64,000 bases of DNA, from the NCBI GenBank assembly GCA_951406725.2, contig OX597814.1, forward strand, positions 78,368,001-78,432,000, given 5' to 3'. This document shows, in pieces, positions 25,462 through 39,413 of the stretch. Position 1 is the first letter of the stretch. Each line of letters starts with the position of its first letter. Position numbers and translations under genes: made by a program. The notes beneath the pieces were generated by a model, which had not been told where the DNA came from, did no database searches, and saw nothing but the letters and a program-made list of their open reading frames with translations. This DNA comes from Octopus vulgaris. Taxonomy: Eukaryota.

Positions 25462-25649
25462 AGGTCCACAAAGAACGCAGAATGTCAGGCCTCCAGCCAG
25501 GCCTTTCAAAATACCCTTATAGACAGGAATTTTTCAACACCCCTTCATATACAAAACACACACGCACAAACAAACAAGTGAGGGGACAAATGAAAAAAGT
25601 GACACTCAACACATTTGATAGAAAGTACATATATTTTTAATAACATAAG

Positions 25650-27020
25650 CTTGACAGTTTTGATGTCACGATGGGAAGTTCTGACTATGCACAATTGGCT
25701 GATTTGGTCGGTATATTGACATTAATTCTACCTCTTTAATTAGGACATGAAAACATGTAACAGTAATAACAGCATAAATTTTAGTTCAAATAACAACACT
25801 CAATCAAAAAATGTAATTTTGCAGCATAAGGTTCTTTAAGTCCCTTTATACATAATAAAAATAAATCAAGGACTTTTAAAGATAATTACTTTAATAACAA
25901 GGTATGTCCTAGTAAAACTGTTTGGTTGATAATTCCATATAGTAAGTAGATCAAATCCAACCTCCCTTACCAGTTTTGTGAAGCTATAAGAATTTCCCAA
26001 AAAATTCAAGATACCATTCCATTATCAATTCACAACGAATTAAAATAGGGTTTTCAAACACCAGAAACATCTCATAAACCATCTCTTCGCATAACAATAA
26101 GTTGTTAAATATAAATCCACTTAATGAAAATAATAACATGGATATTATTAACACTAACCATAATAACAATAATAACAACAATATTAGTATTTCTGATATA
26201 AATTTGAATCATATTTGTTTCCTTAGCAGTAATTCTAAGACTAGATACTCTGTTTGTCAATGTAAAATTTCTTCAAGTTCTGATGTCTTTTTTCACATAG
26301 GTAGTTCTTCATCTCAGTTGTCAAAAAACATATCAAGAAACGCAACAATACTGGGCTGAGTAAATTAATTTGGTCTTTAAAGGAACATAATAAACAATTT
26401 GATTTGGAATGGAATATTCTATCTATATCCTTTCCATATGATAAAGGGAAATCTTTTTGTCTATTCTGTAACAAAGTACAATATCTCATTCTGTTCTCGG
26501 AGAATTCTCTTCTAAACATGTTTAAAGAATGTGTTTATCATTGCAAACATTGGGGAAAACATACCTTTAGTTCCTATTACTAATTTCTACCAATCTATAA
26601 AATCTGACCTTTAACTGTCTTCTTACATTTCATTTCCACTACATATATCTATTTCCACACTTTTAAGCTTTATTCCCATTCATCTATCACACTATATTTC
26701 TCCACTCATAATTTTCTGTTAATTTCTTTCTTCCACCTCCTTCACCTTCTCTAAAATACCTTTGACGTTAAATCTATTAATGGCTTTTTTAAAAACTAAC
26801 TTGCCAGTATTCCCCTTCATCATATACATGATAATCACATTCGGTTAAAGTGGCTTATTGATGTGTTTTGTTTCTCTCCTTTTCCCTGACGAGATGATTG
26901 CATTGTTTTACATCAATTTATTCCCTCTGGAATAATATCAATGTTATCTTTGAAACATATGTCGGAAGTACAAAGATTTGAATAACACCTGCATTTAACT
27001 CCATTTCTTAATTTATCTAT
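25650..27020 (+). mobile_element. Penelope-like element, internally deleted, right arm with GIY-YIG remnant and 3' terminal repeat
   Basis: FDVTMGSSDYAQLADLVGI then a deletion; SVCQCKISSSSDVFFHIGSSS and KLIWSLKEHNKQFDLEWNIL...CLFC resemble a Penelope GIY-YIG endonuclease. Confidence 0.75.
26881..26968 (+). ncRNA. type I hammerhead ribozyme motif (probably decayed)
   Basis: tttcc-CTGACGA-stem II-GAAA-catatg-TC-ggaag; stem I tttcc/ggaag, palindromic stem III; located in the Penelope-like 3' repeat. Confidence 0.6.
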
Positions 27021-27110
27021 GTTATACAAAAAAATTCACTTCACCCTGGTAACTATTTATTTATTTTTTCCATGTTATTTGTAGACATTGAAAAAAATAC
27101 ACATTTATAC

Positions 27111-27145
<35 letters not shown>

Positions 27146-27442
27146 TGAGGGCTCAGTAAAACAAAGTGTTAATCATGTACTATGGACACCTCTTGAGGCC
27201 TACTGGTGCCTTGCAAACCTTTTGGCAAATGGAACAAGGTGAGGATTCAGTTTGCTAGAGTGCTTGTGGATCATTTACTATGTGTTTTCTTGAGTGGATA
27301 GCAAGGCCTGCTTTGCTCTGTGCCACAAAACGATATATATATATCAGTGCCCTTTCTGTTGTGAATTTTGCTACCCAGGTATCGATTATCTTTCGAATTA
27401 TCCGTAATAAGATAATTCACTTGTCTACTTATATATATATAT

Positions 27443-27494
<52 letters not shown>

Positions 27495-27506
27495 ACATAC
27501 ACACAC

Positions 27507-28295
27507 ACAGGGTGCTACAGATAATTTGTTGCCATTTTCTATTTTTAATTTCGTGCATGTGCATTGCTTGATTTTGAGTTTGTTGACTACACAGTATAGT
27601 GGGGTCAGTTGGGCACCATCTGTGAGAAAAACAGCACCATGACACAATTCACTCTGCCACAAATTTGGATATGACATACTGTACTGCTTGGCATTTACTC
27701 CAGAAGCTCCAATACAAACATGTCAGAATTTTTGGTGTCAATCTGAGAACAGTACATGTACCGAGAGTGATAAAAATCAAACATCAAGTCAACATCATGG
27801 TGTTTCAAGTGATCACTAGTGATGGTGACATTATGCCTCCATTCATCTTCCTACACAGCCTCAGACTCAACACAGAGGCCTATATCAAGTGCTAATCTGG
27901 GTCAACAGGGTGGCTGCTGGAAAACACTATATCTGGCAACAGGACTCTGCACCATGCCACACAAGCATGGCTTGTCGTGGCTGTCAGACAATTACTGAGA
28001 CCACATCACCTCTAACTCCCCAGACTGCAACCCCCTTGATTATTAAGTGTGGGGTGCAGTTGAGTGAGACACCAACAAAACTCCTTGTAACACCAAAGAT
28101 GAACTGAAGGCAAGGATTATGGCAGCATTCATGAACTTAAACAAGGGGACCATCCAGAAGAGTTGTAGAAGATTCCAAAATCATCTGGAGACCATGGCTG
28201 AAGCTAAGGGCAATTTTATTAAATAAATTTATTTCAAGATATTATTATATAATTTTGGTAAATGTATCTGTTAAAATGTGATGTCAGTGTTAGTT
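27507..28295 (+). mobile_element. internally deleted Tc1/mariner-superfamily element
   Basis: cagggtgc start; IMVFQVITSDGDIMPPFIF, WQQDSAPCHTS, PNSPDCNPLDY. Confidence 0.75.
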
Positions 28296-28624
28296 TATTC
28301 ATCGCAGTGGATCTCATAGCAGAGAAAGTTATAAATTATAGCCTGTAAAAATAACCATTTGGATAGCAAAAGTCAAAGGCTACCCAATATATACATATTA
28401 TTACTTAAAGTTTTTATCTGTTTTCCAATGCCCCACCCTCAAAAAAAAAATCATTTCACATTCTCTTGAAGTTTATAAATCTATATGATGTTAACAAGAT
28501 ATATATATATGTATGTATGTAGATATATATATACAGAGAAAGAGAGAGAGAAAGATGGAGAAAAATAGAGGGAGGGAGGGAGGGAAAGAGAGGCCAAAGT
28601 GTACATACGTTGCTATATTTTAAT

Positions 28625-28862
28625 ATATAAAAAATGCAAAAATGGGACAAGAACACAAAACATCCAGACAGTTACATGATACAAAAAAGGGACAACAAAA
28701 CACCTGAAAGATAATCTGGAACTCTGACTGAGGATAGAAAACACTGAATGACCCATCCTTGTTTTCACTGTATTGTCTGTCTGGTTGTTTTGTTGTCCCT
28801 TTTTTGTATCACCTAACTGTCTGGATGTTTTGCGTTCTTGTCCCATTTTTGTATTATATATA
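28625..28862. mobile_element. TA-flanked palindromic MITE-like element
   Basis: About 80-bp inverted arms (caaaaatgggacaagaac...caaaaaagggacaacaaaaca / tgttttgttgtccctttttt...gttcttgtcccattttt) with a spacer of about 60 bp. Confidence 0.75.
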
Positions 28863-28864
28863 TA

Positions 28865-30373
28865 TTGGGTCATCCCATAAATGATGCGGGGGTGGGGGTT
28901 TCAATTGCATGAACTAAAAGTTGGAAGGGGACAGGATAAACTACCTGCATCAACTTATTTTGAAAGCAGGTAGTAATTTTACCTTGTACTCATTCTTAGT
29001 GCAAGTTTTGAAGAGTGCAGCTCGATTTTAACAGTTATTTTTTTCAAAGCTATAATGGAAGTGACAAAGAAGCATATTTGACATATTTTGATTTATGAGT
29101 TCAATGAAAGGAACAACACAATGGAAAGTGCGAGGAATATTAATGCAATATATGCGGATCGGACAATAAATGTAAGCCAGTGTCAATGGCGGTTCCAGAA
29201 ATTCCAAGCCTGAAACTAAAGCCTAGAAGATGAGCCTCGTCCTGGAAGATGTGTAGAGCTCAATGAGGACATCCTGCAAACCCTGGTGGAACAAAATCCC
29301 ATCGTAACTGTTGATGAACTAGCAGAGAAGCTTGTCAACCATTCATCGATACCTGTGTGCCATTGGGGAAAGTCAGCAAATTGGGTCAATGGATTCCTCA
29401 CAAACTTTCCAAGTTTAATTGCATGCAAAGAGTCAATGTGTGCATTTCTTTGCTGTCATGTCTCACAAATGAACCTTTTTATTTCTTATTTCTTTATTGC
29501 CCACAAGGGGCTAAACATAGAGGGGACAAACAAGGACAGACAAAGGGATTAAGTCAATTACATCGGCCCCAGTGCATAAATGGTACTTAATTTATTGACC
29601 TCGAAAGGTTGAAAGACAAAGGCGACCTCAGCGGCATTTGAACTCAGAACGTAACGGCAGACGAAATATCGCTAAGTATTTCGCCCGTCATGCTAATGAT
29701 TCTGCCAACTCTCTGCCTTTTTGGGACCAAATAGTGACTGGTGATGAGAAATGGGTTCTCTGTAAAAATGTCAAGCACTTAAGACAGTGGGTGGGGAAAG
29801 GAGAAACACCAGCACCACAGACTAAAGAAGGTCTTCACTCATGTAAGTTGTTGTTATCTATTTGGTGGGATATGAAATGTATAGTCCACTTTGAACTTTT
29901 AAACCCAAACAAAGAAGATCTACTGCAAGCAGCTTGAGTGACTTAAATCAGTGCTAGAAGAAAAATGACCATCATTGGTTTCAAGACGAAAGGTGTTTTT
30001 CCATCAGGATAATGCTCAGTCACATACAGTGAGGATGACATTCTAAAAGCTGGAGCAGTATGAACAAGAAATGATGCCCCACCCACCATATTTGTTGGAC
30101 ACTGCTCCATCTGATTATCATTTATTCCACAGTATTCAAAATCATTTGGACAGAAAAAATATGAATTCTGTAAACCAGGTCAGAACAGTAGTGGAGGAGT
30201 ATTTTCCATCACAGACAAGTGAGTTTTGGAAGAGGGCCCTTGCAAGTCCACCATATAGATGGAAGAGCATTGCAGAAAATGAAGGAGGGTATATTTTAGA
30301 TTAAAAAAGAACTTTGTCTATCTTAATTTTGAAAAATAAATGAAGTATAAAAAAAAAACTGCATTTATGGGAT
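28865..30373 (+). mobile_element. second copy of the 21060 mariner family, with SINE insertion and truncated right TIR
   Basis: Near-identical 5' region to 21060-21250; TGDEKW, HQDNA, HPPY motifs. Confidence 0.92.
29481..29715 (-). mobile_element. tRNA-derived SINE nested in mariner
   Basis: Inverse of the 1224-1457 family; TSD ccttttt at 29474-29480 and 29716-29722; absent from the 21060 copy. Confidence 0.9.
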
Positions 30374-30390
30374 ATATATATATATATATA

Positions 30391-31066
30391 TGGATGTGTA
30401 GTGTCAGTGTGCACGCAAAACAGAGTGTAAGTATCCTGAGAGAAATGCTGGATATAAGAAGCATCAGATGTGGTGTGCAAGAGCGACGCTTGCGATGGTA
30501 TGGTCATGTGCTGCGGATGGATGAAGAGAGATGTGTGAAGAAGTGCCACTCCCAAACAGTTGAAGGTATCAGGGGAGAGGTAGACCCAGGAAGACATGGG
30601 ATGAGGTGGTCAAGCATGACCTCAGAGCATTGGGCCTCACTGAGGCAATGGCGAAGGACCGAGATCTCTGGAGATATGCTGTGACTACAAAGACCCGGGC
30701 TGCTTTCTGCAGCAATTCCACATACCCCCTACCCATTCTAAGTACCCCGGATCCCCAAAGTACCCTGGATCCCCAAAGTACCCCGATCCCCAAAGTACCC
30801 CGGACCTTGTTGCCCCCGTGCCGCTGACACGTTAAAATGCTCGAACCGATCGTGACGATGCCGGACCCTCCGGCCCCTGTGCAGGTGGCACATAAAAAGC
30901 ACCCAATCCACTCACGGAGTGGTTGGCGTTAGGAAGGGCATCCAGCCGTAGAAACTCTGCCAGATTCAGACTGGAGCCTGGAGCGGCCCTGGCTTCCCAG
31001 ACCCGGTCAAACCGTCCAACCCGTGCTAGCGCGGAAAGCGGACGTTAAACGATGATGATGATGATG

Positions 31067-31068
<2 letters not shown>
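30391..31068 (+). mobile_element. RTE-clade LINE 3' fragment
   Basis: ERRLRWYGHVLRMDEERCVKK then, after a frameshift, RGRPRKTWDEVVKHDL...DRDLWR; 18-bp minisatellite aagtaccccggatcccca in the 3' UTR; (GAT)n tail. Confidence 0.88.
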
Positions 31069-32152
<1,084 letters not shown>

Positions 32153-32156
32153 TTAA

Positions 32157-32379
32157 TAAGGGCAAAAGAAAAGATTTTAATGCCAAAATATGCCGAAAAT
32201 AGACATAATGTCAATAACCATGTAATTTATCACCACAAGCATGCGTTTTGAAGAAAGCCGACAGAAATTTCTGTCGGCTTTCTTCAAAACGCGTGCTTGT
32301 GGTGATAAATTACATGGTTATTGAAGTTATGTCTATTTTCGGCATATTTTGGCATTAGAATTTTTTTCTTTTGCCCTTA
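32157..32379. repeat. about 223-bp near-perfect spacer-less palindrome between (TA)n tracts
   Basis: Centre gacagaaa|tttctgtc at 32267/32268; arms of about 111 bp with few mismatches. Confidence 0.93.
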
Positions 32380-32469
32380 CTTATAAATTGTTTATAAATT
32401 TAACCTTTAAAGGTATTTTTTAATATGATGGCCATTGATAGAATTTTTTTGAAAAAAATCCTACATTTG

Positions 32470-32516
<47 letters not shown>

Positions 32517-32521
<5 letters not shown>

Positions 32522-33280
32522 AAGATACCTAAAAGTAACTGAACTTGATCTCTGTGGGATAAGCCCATTGTAGTTCAGGCTTCCGCTGCTAGAGGACACT
32601 TAATGCGACACTCAGGTATCAATTTGCTGACTGGTGTCATTGAGAGAAGTCACGCAGCCACATGGTGCATCTTTGTTTTGCAGTGCTTCTCCTCTGCTTG
32701 TCAATTTTTGTAATGGCTGAAACAAAGGAACAGTGTGCTTCTGTGAAATTCTATTTTCTGCTGGGGTAAACAGCAGCTGAAATAGTTATCATGTTTCATA
32801 CAAGTTACAAGTATGCTACCATGAGCAAAACACAAGTTCACAAATGGTTTCTATGCTTGAGGAATGCTCACTTGTTGCTTGAAGACCAACTTCATTCAGG
32901 GCAACTGCTGACCTCCCAAACAAATGAAAACATCATGAAAATTCATGAACTGATCTTGGAGAACTGTTGTGTCCTGGAGCGCCAACCAATTTTTGAGTGA
33001 GGAATTGCAAATTAAAAGAATTGCAACAAAATTTGTACTTCGCTTGCTCATGGAAGATCGAAAGCAGTCAAGACTGAATGCATGTTGTGAACTGAAAGAA
33101 CAGTTGGAAGTTGATCTTGATCCCAGCAACGTTTTTTTTTGTTACCCCAAATGAAAAATGTCCTTAAAGGAAACGTTTTGCAGATGTGAAAGAGGAAAAG
33201 AAAAAAAACAACAGAGGCAATAAAAGCATCACTTTACAAGAGTTCCAGGACAGCTTTGAAAAGTTGATAACACATCTGGC
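32517..33280 (+). mobile_element. internally deleted mariner (different family)
   Basis: EQCASVKFYFLLG, MSKTQVHKWF...EDQLHSGQ, IATKFVLRLL N-terminal transposase motifs. Confidence 0.7.
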
Positions 33281-35561
33281 ACTAGTGATGTCACCGAGTA
33301 ACTCGCAAGATGAGAAAAGAACAAAAAAGAGGGTAAAAAGAAAGCTCTCAGCTAAGTAGGGAAAGAGTATTTGAGAAGAAGTGGGGCTATGCTTGGTGTT
33401 GACAGACTAAAGTAGTGTCTTTCTATAGAATAGATACGTAGCTACCCTGCTTTATATAAGGGTGGGAGTAGCTGGAAAGAAAGTAGAGAAGATAGTGACA
33501 AGATACACACCCTTGAATGTGATTAGGATTTATTTTGTAAGTCAACAAAACTGCTTTATAAATGAGAAAATGTTATAATTAACTAAATTAATCCCAAAAT
33601 CTTTATGAACAATTAGCATTCAATATAAAGGATGTTGGAATAATTGTAACTTGTGAATGAGTTGTGCTCTACACCAGAACTAAAGAACTCGTGTACTGGT
33701 CTTTGTTCTCATCACTGTCTCAAAGCTACGTTTCTATTGAGTCATGAAGGTGAACAATTAAAAACTGAAGTATCTATAGTTATGTTCTTTCATTAATCCT
33801 TTAGAATTCAGATTACTTTGTCAATGTAATGCTTTTTAATTCACATTGTTTTGAATTAATCATTCATAATCTTGTAGCTTTGAGATTTTGATGATGTGGT
33901 TGTTTATTTTTAGAATGACATTGTAGGGTAAGTGTGAGAGGCCAGATATGGCCAGTTTGAACATAAAATAAGTAGAATATTTAGGCTGGATATAGTCAAT
34001 TTAAATGTTAAGGATTTAAACAGACACACTTTTTCCTATCTTGTAGAGGTATTCAAATAACTAGAGAAAATCTGAACTAGCAGGAAGATTTTTCTTGAAA
34101 CTCAATCTTCAAGCTTCATGTTTATAAATATAACATGTTAATGATGTTGAATGGGTGCAAGATGTGGCATCTGAAACTCTGATATGAAGCAAAAGCTACT
34201 TAGAATCTGTCCAACAAACAAGTCAAGAATCAATTTAGACACATACAGTGACCTTTACAGCCTAATGGCAAGGTTTGATCAAGGTAGGACTTATCACTCA
34301 TCTGGTAGGCTTATCACTCATCAAATACCAAAAAGGTGCTACACTGGACAAAGATAGCCACAGAAGAGAAGTAAATTTAAATTGGTGTTAAAAATGTTAA
34401 GCAGAATCTTTGACTACTTTCAACCAATGAAGTAATTCTGCTAGGAACAGAATCACTGGCATTCACCAGGACAAGCCTATCTGGTACTTAATTTATCAAC
34501 CCCGAAAGGATGAAAGGCAAAGTCAACCTTGGCAGAATTTGAACTCAGAATGTAAGGATAGATGAAATGCTTAGCAGCATTTCATCCAGCAAGCTAATGA
34601 TTCTGCCAGCTCAGTAATGATATTAATGGTTTCTAATTTATGCACAAGGTCAGTAATTTTGAGGGGAGGGGGTATTCAATATCAATGACCCAAGTACTTG
34701 ATTGGTATTGTATTTTATCAGCCCTGGGTGGATGAATGATAAAACTGATGTCAAGGAGATCAAAAAGGGTTGGAAGAAATGCCAAAAGGCATTTTTATTT
34801 TTTAATACTCCAATGTTGTGCCAACCTTCCTTCTAGAGAGAATAACAGTAATAATTGTATTGTTCTCTCCAAAAATATATAAGACTAGGGTTAAAATAGT
34901 AAAACATTAGTCAGTTTTAGGGAAATCTTGCTGCTTCTATCTCAAGTATGTATTTATTTACAACTGTTTAGGCTAAATCAACAAAGTAGAAACATGATTC
35001 ATTCACTTTATATATTTTTAAGGAAATGTGTAACGGATACACTCAATGGTTTTCAAATTAAACATTTGACATTAAATAAACAAATTTAAAAAAGAGAGAC
35101 AACAATAAAAAAAAAAGAGAGCATAGTATCAAAATATTTCAGTTAAAATAGCTGACCATAAATAAATGTAATGAGAATAATTTATACTTCTTCTCTGAAG
35201 ACACACAAACTGTTACAAAGTTTCAATTAAAACTTTGTAGTAGTTTTACAGCTACAGCATTTTCAGAAGCAGAAATATATATTATCTCTGAAATAATGGA
35301 TTTAAACTATAGAAGATTGCATATACACTTAATCTTTAGGTACAATAGATTTAATATATTTTGAAATCCTTATGCAATTCTTTTTAAAGAAAGAAAAAAT
35401 GTTAACTTATTTTGAAATAACATAACTACACTTAAATTCAGTTGGTGGTAGCATATTTATACTTATTACCTAAATGTAATTTATTTATTTGTTATTACAT
35501 TTTTAATGATAAATTAAAAGAAATCACAAGTTTGTATAATTTTTGGAAAGTGAAACCTTAC

Positions 35562-35697
35562 CATCATCAACATCCAATGTGCTACCATCATCTTTCTTGC
35601 TGTCTGGCAATAGACCTAGTTCAGCTAGTAGTTTTACATACATAGTACTCTGCAGAAAACCTTCATAAAATGGTTCATTTAGCAGTAATTGGAACAC
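35562..35697 (-). CDS. SNX13: SNX13 exon (RGS end)
   Basis: tcttag|...|gtaagg; 136 nt, phase 0->1; VFQLLLNEPFYEGFLQSTMYVKLLAELGLLPDSKKDDGSTLDVDD. Confidence 0.92.
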
Positions 35698-36329
35698 CTA
35701 AGAATAATTAATAGTTAATTAGGTTTTAAATTATATAGATCACATGGAAAATCTTCTTAATAACTTGAAATACAAAAAAATAAATTTTACTGTTAATTCA
35801 GGCTGCATAGTAATGATAATAACATCAATTTCTTTCATTAGTACAAATATATTTTTTTTTTTTATTTATTTTATCTTAAAGATTTACCCCAATAATTTAC
35901 TAGTACATTATTTCATTCGTCTTCAAGGGATGAAGTTGACTGGCAGGATTCAACCTCCGAATGGCAAGGGACATAACTACATACATGGCAGTACAATTTC
36001 TAATTATGCACTATTCGCAATAAATGAAATCTAATGATTACTGACAAAAGTACAAAGCCACAACTTTCGATTCCAGTAGTTAACTGGTACTTATTTAAAC
36101 CATTAACCTGTCCAAAATGTTTTCATAAGTTTGTCTTAAACGTTCATGCTTGTTTTCAGATTTTTAGTTGGACTTATATGTTCAGAGTAAAAGTAAAGCT
36201 TCCCTTTTGTAAGTCCAAAGTTACTCAACAGGGTAGCAAAAAAATTGGAAATGTGTATCCTATACAAGGTATGATTGCCAAAGAAATATGTCCTGTATAT
36301 TATATGTGATACCTAGGATCCCAAAAGAA

Positions 36330-39300
36330 TACTCACTAAGAGAGAGAATTCGCCGGAGGAACCTGATATCCGAGCTAAAGATGAGGAAACAAATGGGAGA
36401 GAAGGGTTTACGAATCCAAGATGGACAGATAATCAAGTCCTACCTCTGGTCCCATGCTGTAGTGCTGACAGGGAAAGTGATGTGAGGGCAAATCGAAGTG
36501 AAGTTGATACCCCCGTCAACGATGCTATCTCTGATGCCCTTTATTCTGCTTGTTCCCCAACTCCCGCCCCTCAGACTTCACAGCTCAGCATCGTCTACAC
36601 CAACTCGTGCTCCTTATTCCCAAAGTTCAGTGAACTATTTACACTGGCCCTACGCGACTCCCCTGATGTGATAGCTATCACCGAGACTTGGCTGACTCCA
36701 GCAGTAAAGGACTCAGAGATCCACCTGCAGGGCTACGTCCTTTTCAGATGTGACAGAGGAAAAAGGCGAGGTGGAGGTGTTGCTGTGTATGTTAAGTCTG
36801 AGCACAAACCGTCCTGTATTCTACCCACAAATGCTCAACCTACAACCAAATTCGATGCCGTCTATTGCAAGCTGAGCCTATCTGAGTTTTGCCTGCCCGT
36901 GTTGGCTGTCTACAGGCCGCCTCTAGCCGACCCCAGGACGATGCTCATCTACTCGAGGCGATAAGATTCGTTTCAGCTTCGCATGACTGCTTGGTACTAG
37001 GCGACTTCAACGCTCCCATGATCGATTGGCCCGCATCAATTTGTACAACATCTTCCCGGTTCGGCCAGGCCCTTCTTGACGTGGCTGAAGATTGTTTTCT
37101 ATCGCAACATGTTGAATATCCAACAAGGCATCGGTCTGGGCAGCAGCCATCTATGCTAGATCTGGTATTCTCCCGCTATCCAAGATCAGTGTCAGACGTA
37201 TCTGTGTGCGCCCCTCTTGCCAAGAGTGATCATGCGGTCCTGAAGTTCGTCATGCACACAACTTTTTCCACGCCCACGATTACTTCGCTGCCACGTAGAG
37301 TCTTCTCTGCAATTAATCTTGAAATTCTAACCGAGGCTTCCGCGCTTCTGGACTGGCGTTCCCTGATGACGTTGTCCTCAGTTGACGAACTATGGTCATC
37401 CCTCAAAGCATATGTAATCTGTTTGACTGACCAGGCAGTTCCCGTTGGACTTCCCAAGAGGAAGAAACACAAGCCCTGGGTGACGAAGAAGGTTAAACGA
37501 GAACGTTGACTCAGAGATATTGCTTGGGCTGAATTCAAAAATCTGGATTCGACTGCAGCTTTTGAGGTGTACAAAACTCAACGAGACCGAGCCGTGAAAA
37601 TTGAAAAGAAAGAACGCTTCAGTTATGAATACAAAATCGCGGCAAATGCCAGTAGCAATCCAAAAACCTTCTTTGCCCATGTCCAGCGGAATTCCCGCTT
37701 GAACAACCAGATTGTAACATTGGTAGACTCAACAGGCGTATTGATTGAGGACCCTTATCAACAGAGTCAATTATTTGCCGAGGCTTTTTCAACTATTTTC
37801 AAACAAGATGATGGTCGTGAACCCCCTCCATTTGATAGATCGGTACCTCCAATGCTTCGATTGATCATCACGTGTTATTCAAGGCCTCGATGTCAACAAG
37901 GGTCACGGCCCTGACGGCATACACCCACGGGTTATCAAAGCGTTGGCTCCGGTCATCTGCGAGCCCTTAACACGACTATTCAATATGTCATTGGCGACGG
38001 GTGTTATACCTGCAGACTGGAGAACAGCGATAATCTGCCCAATTTTCAAGAAAGGGAGCCGCGAAGACCCGCTTAACTACCGACCGGTTTCCCTTACATC
38101 AATAATCAGCAAGATGTTCGAAACCATCCTTAAGAAAAGTATGATGCTCCACCTCCTAAGCACAGCCTCGATCACTGATTCCCAACACGGCTTCGTGCCG
38201 AAGAGATCATGCTTGACCAACTTACTAGTAATGGAAGAATTGGTGATGCGCATCCTCGATGATAGTGATGCTGTTGACATCGTTTTATTGGACTTTGCCA
38301 AAGCTTTTGACTCGGTAAACCACCGCCTACTACTTGTCAAGCTTCAAGCATATAGTTTCCATCCGGATATTGTACGATGGGTTGGTGCCTTCCTCTCAGA
38401 TCGCTCCCTCCAAGTTCAAGTTAATGGTTCGCGGTCCGACGTTTCCAGCGCGAGCAGTGGCGTGCCTCAAGGTTCAGTGCTTGGGCCCTTGTTGTTCTTA
38501 GTCTTCATAAATGACTTGCCCGACGACCTCACGCAACACACCCTTCTATTTGCCGACGATATCAAACTGGTCGCTCCTCGCGGTAGTATAGAGGATCTTC
38601 GTCGATGTCTCCACCAAATTTGGAAGTGGTCTAACGATTGGGACCTGTGTCTGAACGTGTCAAAGTGCTGTCATCTGCCTGTCGGCTCTACTCCTGCAAC
38701 TCAACTTGATTTCGAGCCGGGTCGTCTGCTGCTGGAGAGGACCGATCAGGTAAAGGACCTGGGTATCTTGGTGGATTCCTCCTTTTCGCCTTCGGCCCAG
38801 TGCGTCCATGCTGCCAACAAAGCGCGCGGAATTCTGTTTTTGATTCGACGGTCATTCGGAGTGCTCACAGCAGCCATATTCCTGCCACTCTATGTCACGC
38901 TGGTGAGACCCATATTGGAGTATGGGATTCAAGCCTCTTCTCCTTATCTCCTCAAAGACATACAGCACCTCGAAAGAGTCCAGAGGCTGGCTACCCGCCT
39001 GGTTCATGGTCTCAAAAATTTGTCCTACGAAGAAAGGCTGAGGACGCTCGACCTTTATTCTCTTGAAAAACGCCGCCGCCGTGGTGATCTCATTCTCGCC
39101 CACAACATCATAAGCGGGAAGTGTAACCTCTCGAAAGAGCTGTTCTTCACTCCTGCTCCGGAGCGTCGGCTGCGGGGTCATTCCGAAAAGCTCTACCTGC
39201 GACGATTTCATCTCAATCGAAGGAGAGGAGCTTTCTCCGTCCGGGTTGCGGATCCGTGGAACAAGCTGCCAGATGAGATGGTGAAGATGCCGACGACCGC

Positions 39301-39413
39301 TTTGTTCAAAGCCTCCCTGGACCTCAAGTGGCCTGAACTCTTTACATGAACACCACCCTGTACTTAACTCCATGTCCCCCTACATGGCCTTGCTATTTGC
39401 TTTTGAGCCAAAT

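Noticed and set aside
34244-34343. Possible exon ending at a gtatgt donor, with a 20-bp direct repeat
   Set aside because: No stop-free reading compatible with the phase-1 upstream exon.
38852-39373. 173-aa minus-strand ORF
   Set aside because: Antisense to the LINE RT in GC-rich sequence, with no recognisable motif.
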